From Promethearchaeota archaeon (GTDB lineage: Archaea; Asgardarchaeota; Lokiarchaeia; Sigyniarchaeales; SOKP01), in contig JBHLMP010000042.1 of the NCBI GenBank assembly GCA_048938025.1, forward strand, positions 1 through 32,485: a stretch of 32,485 bases of DNA, given 5' to 3'. The notes beneath the pieces are model-generated. The model worked only from the letters and a program-made list of their open reading frames with translations, was not told the origin of the DNA and made no database searches. This document shows positions 26,587 to 32,485 of the stretch, piece by piece. The number at the start of each line of letters is the position of its first letter. The first letter of the stretch is position 1. A program made the position numbers and the translations under genes.

Positions 26587-27966
26587 ATGTCATCACAAAT
26601 GGAAATAGAAGTAAAAACGGAATCTCCGCCTCTTATTAATTATTTACAGCAAGAGATCCCCCTTGAGGATATAAGAGATTATGCCTCTCCAAGACGTATA
26701 ACTTCTATAGATTTTCTTAAAGGATTTGCGATAATTTTTGTGATTTTGGCACACACTTCTCAAGGATGGCTTGATTCTGAATCTAGATACCTTTATGGAC
26801 TCTTATTTGCTTTGTTAGATATTCTTGGACCCTCATTATTTGTATTTCTCTCAGCACTTAGTGTAATATTTAGTATTAAAAGAAAAGAGGGTGTCTTACC
26901 GAATAAGATAATCCGAAATCGTATTTTTACACGAGGAATAGTAATGATAATTATTGGAATGATTACTAATTTAGTAGGTATTGATCCCGCAACAGGAGAA
27001 GTTGTTGTAATTATTTTTGGTTGGAATATTATTACATTTATAGGATTTAGTCAAATAATTTCTTTCTATATATTAAAAATTAAAAAGAAGTGGCGTATCG
27101 TAATTGGTTTATTAATTATTATTAGTTCCCCTTATATTCGAGCATTTCTTTATGAAGGTAAAGAAGCGGGAAATATACTAATAAGTTTCTTTCATTATAT
27201 TGTAACTTCACCCACTCCTCATTTAACGCTCATCCCATGGATTTCAATATGTTTTATTTCTACCATTTTTGGTGAATATATTTTTGAAGCTATGAATAAA
27301 GGAACAGATGATGCCTATATAGGATTATTCCGAATATTTTTAGTTTGGGGAATGACCTTCATCATAATAGGAATTTTTGCACCACTTCCCAATTTTGGTT
27401 TTGAATTACAAACTGCTGATACTATTGTAGGAGGGTTCGCTGAATATCCTCATTTACATTTATTAGAAGTCGCTAATAACCAAGATTTTTTTGAAATTCC
27501 TGGAATGCCATTATTTCTGATAAGAGGAACAAGTGCTAATATGTTTTATAACCAAGGTTCGGCATTGACTATAATTGCAATATTTTTTTATTTTATTGAT
27601 ATTAAGAAGAAATCAAACGATTTCACTAATGTATTGATATATTATGGTAAAGTCTCCTTAAGTCTATTTCTATTACATTTTTTATTTATACCTCTTTTTA
27701 TTGATCGATTTGGAGTAGCGCTATATCTTATTATTGGTCTTTCATATGTAGGATTTTTAGGAATTTTAATGTATATTTGGATGGAATATGCCAATGGAGT
27801 GGGTTCACCCGAATATCTTATGGTGCAGCTTGGGAGAATTGGACAGAAATCAGGAGAAGCAGTTAAGAAAACTACTAAAAAAGTATATGTTAGAATCAAA
27901 AAGCACGAAAGAGTCAAAAAGATGGAAGATTTTATGAAAAAGTTAAGTAAAGACAAAGAGAATTAA
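26587..27966 (+). CDS. Transmembrane acyltransferase, HGSNAT/DUF1624-like (paralogue 1)
   Basis: RITSIDFLKGFAIIFVILAH, PSLFVFLS and YYGKVSL motifs; about 11 TM segments. Confidence 0.8.
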   Translation: MSSQMEIEVKTESPPLINYLQQEIPLEDIRDYASPRRITSIDFLKGFAIIFVILAHTSQGWLDSESRYLYGLLFALLDILGPSLFVFLSALSVIFSIKRKEGVLPNKIIRNRIFTRGIVMIIIGMITNLVGIDPATGEVVVIIFGWNIITFIGFSQIISFYILKIKKKWRIVIGLLIIISSPYIRAFLYEGKEAGNILISFFHYIVTSPTPHLTLIPWISICFISTIFGEYIFEAMNKGTDDAYIGLFRIFLVWGMTFIIIGIFAPLPNFGFELQTADTIVGGFAEYPHLHLLEVANNQDFFEIPGMPLFLIRGTSANMFYNQGSALTIIAIFFYFIDIKKKSNDFTNVLIYYGKVSLSLFLLHFLFIPLFIDRFGVALYLIIGLSYVGFLGILMYIWMEYANGVGSPEYLMVQLGRIGQKSGEAVKKTTKKVYVRIKKHERVKKMEDFMKKLSKDKEN

Positions 27967-27990
27967 AAATTAATTCAAATGATATCTTAA

Positions 27991-29256
27991 ATGAAAACTA
28001 CACAATTTTTTTTTATTTTTGCCTGTGTAACAAATTTTTGTTACTTAATTTTAACCTTTTTTTTCTTCTATTTCTTAGATAATCCTATAATGAATAAAGA
28101 TAATAATGATTTCCTAACTTTTTATAACGCAGGTTTAATTGTTATAAAAGATTTACCCAATTTATATAATCCTTCAAAATATCTTTTTCCATTCAGATAT
28201 TTCCCTCTATCCGCATATTTTTTTACTCCTTTCTCAATGTTAGGACTTGAAGTAGGATATTTTGTTTTTCAAATTTTCAGTTTTCTGATGAATATTACTA
28301 TCATTTATCTCATTTATAAGATTATCCAATTATATTCAAATTTAAACAATCTCAATTATGAATTAGACAATTTTAGAGATCTCTATAATAAACCCGAGAA
28401 TAACAGTATTCTTTATCAATCCGCTATATTGATAATAATGCTCCCTCAATTTATGAATTATTTTTTAGGGCAAATCAATACTTTAGTTTCTATTTTTATT
28501 CTTACTTCAGTCTTTTATTTTTTAAAAGAAGATGATAAAAGTAACTTTATTGGAGGTTTAATGTTAGGATTTGCTATCCTAATTAAACCCACCCTTTTCC
28601 TCCTAATACCGTTTATTTTACCCTTATATTACTCAAAAAACACTAAAAAAATTGACTTTCAATTTAAAACAACAATTATTAGGCTTTCTGGTATATTAAT
28701 TCTAATGCTAATCTCTAGTATTTATTTTATAATTTCCCCTAAATTGCTAGAAGGCTTTATTGAGGTTAATTTTACAGGAAACTACACTACTATTATTGGA
28801 AACTTAGATATAAATGCTTCTTTTAGTCTTACTCGAAACCTTATAACTCTTTTTCAATTGATTGAGTTCAATGTTAACAATTTTATTCTTTTTTTAATAA
28901 TTATTTTATCATTTATGCTTCCAATATTAATATATTTTGTAATTTCATCGAATAAGACAAATAGATTAATTGAAGGATATTTAATTGGAATTAGTATTAT
29001 ATTAATCACCTATTATGATTCTTGGCCACATTATCTAATTATATTAACCCCTTTCATAATTATTTTTATCTTAATTAATAAGAATTTTAAATATTATAAT
29101 ATAATTAGATTTGTTCATCATTTTTTGGCTATATTAGTTGTAATATCATGGGGTATCTTTTATATTTCCTATGAATTCTTTCCATTCAATTTATGTGGTT
29201 TGATCTTATTAATTCTGCTTTATTTTACGTTAATTATTTTTTATAAGCAACAATAA
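27991..29256 (+). CDS. GT-C glycosyltransferase, family 87 (DUF2029)-like
   Basis: DFLTFYNAG, FRYFP, GQIN, AILIKP and WPHY motifs. Confidence 0.8.
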   Translation: MKTTQFFFIFACVTNFCYLILTFFFFYFLDNPIMNKDNNDFLTFYNAGLIVIKDLPNLYNPSKYLFPFRYFPLSAYFFTPFSMLGLEVGYFVFQIFSFLMNITIIYLIYKIIQLYSNLNNLNYELDNFRDLYNKPENNSILYQSAILIIMLPQFMNYFLGQINTLVSIFILTSVFYFLKEDDKSNFIGGLMLGFAILIKPTLFLLIPFILPLYYSKNTKKIDFQFKTTIIRLSGILILMLISSIYFIISPKLLEGFIEVNFTGNYTTIIGNLDINASFSLTRNLITLFQLIEFNVNNFILFLIIILSFMLPILIYFVISSNKTNRLIEGYLIGISIILITYYDSWPHYLIILTPFIIIFILINKNFKYYNIIRFVHHFLAILVVISWGIFYISYEFFPFNLCGLILLILLYFTLIIFYKQQ

Positions 29257-29334
29257 TAAAGAATTAAAATAATATCTTCTTAATTTTTTTTAATCTTTAT
29301 TTAAATTAGTTTTAATTATAATTGGATAATCATA

Positions 29335-30663
29335 ATGTCATCTACAAATGAAAAAGTTCAAAGCGTAGAAACGCCACCACTTGTGGAATATTTAAAAGAA
29401 GAGATTCCTATCGAAGATATTAGGGACGTATCATCACCTAAGCGAATTGCTTCAATAGATTTTGTTAAGGGTTTTGCTATGTGTTTTATAATTTTAGCAC
29501 ATTCTGCACTTGCATGGTTTGATGATGATTGGAGGTATATATATGGTCTTGTTTTTGCTTTTTTAGATATATTGGGTCCCTCCTTATTCGTTTTTCTTTC
29601 AGCTCTTAGTGTTATCTTCAGCATTAAGCGAAAGAAGGGCAAACAATCTCCTAAAATTATACGTAATCGCATTCTAACTCGGGGACTAATTATTATTATA
29701 ATAGGTATACTTTTTAATCCAATGTCTTTATATACTGCAGGTGAAGATATTCCCTTTCCTTTGAATTTTTGGGGTTGGAATTTTCTTGTGTTCATAGGTT
29801 TCTCACAAATTTTTTCTTATTACGTGCTAAAGATTAAGAAAATTCCTCGTGTAGTGATTGGTATTATAATTATAATTATTTCACCTATCATTAGACAATT
29901 TATCTTTGATAATAAAGATACTAGTGTCGGTTTTTTGATCTTACATTTTTTAATAACTTCACCTCTCCCTCAAGTACCAGTTCTTCCTTGGCTCGCAATT
30001 TGTTTTATCTCTACAGTATTTGGTGAATATTTATATGATGCAATGATTAAAGGAACAGAAGAAGCGTATTATCATTTATTTCGTATATTCTCATATAATG
30101 GGATTATTCTAGTAATAACGGGGCTCATACTTGGTTGGAGATTACAAACTCCAGAAACAATAGAATTATCAGAATATTTACATTTAGATTTATTAAGAAT
30201 TGCAAATCAACAGGATTATTATCATTTTATTGGAATGCCAGATTTCATGATAAGAAATACAATGTCAAATATGTTTTATAATCTAGGTGCCGCACTTCTT
30301 ATCATTGCAGTTAGTTTTTATTACATTGATATAAAGAATAAATCTAACCAATTCTCAAAAATGCTTATATATTACGGGAAAGTTAGTTTATCACTATTTT
30401 TAATTCAATATCTGTTTCTTCCCTTATATATTGGACAATTTTCAATAATATTTTTCCCTATTATGTGGGTTGCTTATTGTGGATTTCTTGGTTTAATGAT
30501 GTATTTATGGATGGAGTATTTTAATGGAGTAGGTTCTCCTGAATGGATAATGGTTCAACTTGGGAGAGTAGGACAAAAAACAGAAGAATTTGTTAAGAAA
30601 GAAACTCATATGATGGCAGAAAAGGCAAAAGAAAGTATTCACAAACTAAAAAAAGAGGAATAA
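29335..30663 (+). CDS. Transmembrane acyltransferase, HGSNAT/DUF1624-like (paralogue 2)
   Basis: RIASIDFVKGFAMCFIILAH; collinear with paralogue 1 and sharing LDILGPSLFVFLSALSVIFSIKRK. Confidence 0.8.
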   Translation: MSSTNEKVQSVETPPLVEYLKEEIPIEDIRDVSSPKRIASIDFVKGFAMCFIILAHSALAWFDDDWRYIYGLVFAFLDILGPSLFVFLSALSVIFSIKRKKGKQSPKIIRNRILTRGLIIIIIGILFNPMSLYTAGEDIPFPLNFWGWNFLVFIGFSQIFSYYVLKIKKIPRVVIGIIIIIISPIIRQFIFDNKDTSVGFLILHFLITSPLPQVPVLPWLAICFISTVFGEYLYDAMIKGTEEAYYHLFRIFSYNGIILVITGLILGWRLQTPETIELSEYLHLDLLRIANQQDYYHFIGMPDFMIRNTMSNMFYNLGAALLIIAVSFYYIDIKNKSNQFSKMLIYYGKVSLSLFLIQYLFLPLYIGQFSIIFFPIMWVAYCGFLGLMMYLWMEYFNGVGSPEWIMVQLGRVGQKTEEFVKKETHMMAEKAKESIHKLKKEE

Positions 30664-30904
30664 AACTAAACCTTAAAATTATCAATTTGTTATATAATTA
30701 TAAATACCTTTAAGATAACATATAAATATCTTTAATATAATATATCAAATATAAATAATACTCCGAAAAACAAATTTTTAGAAGCATTGGAAGAAGAAGA
30801 GAACTATACCAGACAGAAGAAATCTTAAAATATATGAGTTTAAATAAATGAAATTTTAAAGAAATACATTAAACATATTTAATCGTAAAAAAGGTTAATT
30901 AAAT

Positions 30905-31426
30905 TTGCAGTCCGGTCAATATAAATTTAAAATAACTTTATTTGGACCAGGTGGAGTAGGAAAAACATCGTTACTTCTCCGCTATATTAAGGATTACTTT
31001 AGCGATGATTTAAAAAAAACCATTGGAAGCAATTTTCTGATCAAAGATGTTGAAATTGAAGGGAAACAAGTCCGCCTTCTTCTATGGGATATCGGTGGTC
31101 AACCACAATTTCATAAATTGCGTACAATTTATTTTAAAGGAAGTAATGGTGCATTAGGAGTTTTTGATTTATCATCAAACCAATCTCTTTTAAAAATTCC
31201 TGGTTGGATAAGCTCTATAAATAAATCAGTTAAAAGGAGAATCCCGATGATTCTATTAGGAAATAAACTTGATCTAGGGAGAGATGTTGATAAAGCAGAA
31301 GCTGAGGATTTAGCTAAAAGATTAAGTTGTGAGTATTTAGAAACTTCCGCGAAAACAGGAGAAAATGTTGAGCTAGCTTTTAAGTCAATTGCCAAAGCAT
31401 GCTTAAGCAGTGCTCTTTCGGAATAA
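30905..31426 (+). CDS. Rab-like small GTPase
   Basis: G1 GPGGVGKT, switch I TIGSNF, G3 WDIGGQ, G4 NKLD and G5 ETSAK. Confidence 0.92.
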   Translation: MQSGQYKFKITLFGPGGVGKTSLLLRYIKDYFSDDLKKTIGSNFLIKDVEIEGKQVRLLLWDIGGQPQFHKLRTIYFKGSNGALGVFDLSSNQSLLKIPGWISSINKSVKRRIPMILLGNKLDLGRDVDKAEAEDLAKRLSCEYLETSAKTGENVELAFKSIAKACLSSALSE

Positions 31427-31452
31427 AAAAAGATAAAATTTTTGAGAAGTCT

Positions 31453-32073
31453 TTATAAATTTATTTTTAAGCTCTTTAGTTCATTAATAAGATTTTCAAG
31501 GTTTGTAAACTTTATTCCATTTATTCCCAATTCCCTTGCTGAACGAATATTATTTAAACCATCATCAATAAAAACGATTTCTTCAGCTTTACATTCTGCT
31601 TTTTGGATTGCTAATTTAAATAATCTTGGATCTGGTTTTGTTAGGTGTACTTCGAATGACAAAATAAGTTCATCAAAAAGTTCCACAATCTCCTTATTTT
31701 GTTCCAATAAATAATGCCAATGACTTGAATTTACATTAGATAAACACAATAGCTTAATATTATTTTGTTCTTTTAGATTTTTTATTAACGCCAGAAAATC
31801 TTCCTTAACATGAGAAATTACTGAGTTGAATGAGTCAAAAAATTGTTCTTGATTTAAAGCGCAAGTTTGTAATAATTCGCATGCTTGAGAATAAAATTCT
31901 TTATTAGTTATTTTACCTTGATGGTATATATCTGATTGTCGCCAAAATTCAAGAAGTAAAGAAGAATTTGGTGTATTTAGAGGAGAAATTTCAATTATAT
32001 CTTTAAAAAATCTACTAAAGTCGAGCTCTACTACTACTCCTCCCAGATCAAAAATAATAGCTTTTATTGTCAT
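31453..32073 (-). CDS. HAD-superfamily phosphatase (YihX-like)
   Basis: FDLGGV, LSN, KPD and FIDD motifs. Confidence 0.9.
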   Translation of the reverse strand: MTIKAIIFDLGGVVVELDFSRFFKDIIEISPLNTPNSSLLLEFWRQSDIYHQGKITNKEFYSQACELLQTCALNQEQFFDSFNSVISHVKEDFLALIKNLKEQNNIKLLCLSNVNSSHWHYLLEQNKEIVELFDELILSFEVHLTKPDPRLFKLAIQKAECKAEEIVFIDDGLNNIRSARELGINGIKFTNLENLINELKSLKINL

Positions 32074-32126
32074 TATTTTATAATATTATATTTGATTTTA
32101 TTAATAAATACATAAATTAATGATAG

Positions 32127-32485
32127 CTAGTGTCTGAAGTACACTTTACTAGAGAATTTTCGAAATGGGATTGGAAGTTTGTACTTAGGAAAACCTCTTG
32201 TATCTTCTTCAAGCATTTTATACAATTTACCTAATTTTATATTATTGAATTGTTTAGAAGTGCTTTTTTTTGGTCCAAGGGGCTGACCAATTAGTCTCTT
32301 TCTTACCGAGATTGTCTGATTATCTTGTTCATTCTTCCCAATTATAACTATATATGGAATCCATTCAACTTCTGCTTGTCTGATCTTTTTATTTAAGGTT
32401 TCATTTCTGTCATCAAAATCAGCTCTATAAGATTCCTTATTTACCATTTCTAGAATTTTTTCAGCATAATCATTCTGATTTTCAC
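32127..32485 (-). CDS. thrS: Threonine-tRNA ligase C-terminal anticodon-binding domain (partial; frame runs off window)
   Basis: DDRNETLNKKIRQAEVEWIPYIVIIG and an archaeal-type GFPxxxLPIP tail; no stop codon up to the window edge. Confidence 0.85.
   Translation of the reverse strand, partial: ENQNDYAEKILEMVNKESYRADFDDRNETLNKKIRQAEVEWIPYIVIIGKNEQDNQTISVRKRLIGQPLGPKKSTSKQFNNIKLGKLYKMLEEDTRGFPKYKLPIPFRKFSSKVYFRH

Noticed and set aside
30736-30828. Purine-rich open stretch (FLEALEEEENYTRQKKS) upstream of the GTPase
   Set aside because: No standard start codon before the stretch; too short to support.
22473-31714. ORFs 22473-22688, 23056-23238, 27642-27956, 29358-29795, 31129-31395 and 31442-31714 (also 521-703 and 10434-10667)
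   Set aside because: They overlap motif-bearing genes and have no motifs of their own.
1-32485. tRNA, rRNA, transposase or integrase genes
   Set aside because: No cloverleaf, GC-rich rRNA-like tract or recombinase motif was seen.

Overview
AT-rich, gene-dense archaeal chromosomal segment, most consistent with Asgard archaea (Lokiarchaeia/Promethearchaeota). The evidence is a Loki-CTERM-type sorting tail, eL38 and eL40, a thermosome, a Rab-like GTPase and an Rpn11/CSN5-like JAMM protein. Most genes are housekeeping (thermosome, Pth2, TruD, AspRS, MetAP2, PRS, partial ThrRS). The rest include surface proteins, an orphan DNA methyltransferase and an acyltransferase-GT87-acyltransferase module. 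Three small coding elements are missing from the ORF track: eL40, a 57-aa zinc-ribbon protein and a GIY-YIG remnant. Two signals stand out. (1) An unannotated ~460-nt minus-strand structured RNA candidate (14862-15323) with its own TATA box, paired ends, many G-U-containing helices and a U11 tail; it matches no RNA family I recognise and lies near a divergent Alba/zinc-ribbon gene pair. (2) A 410-aa protein that by eye combines a BRO1 (ALIX-like) domain with a C-terminal Vps23/TSG101 steadiness box. All calls come from manual motif recognition; no searches or folding programs were run.
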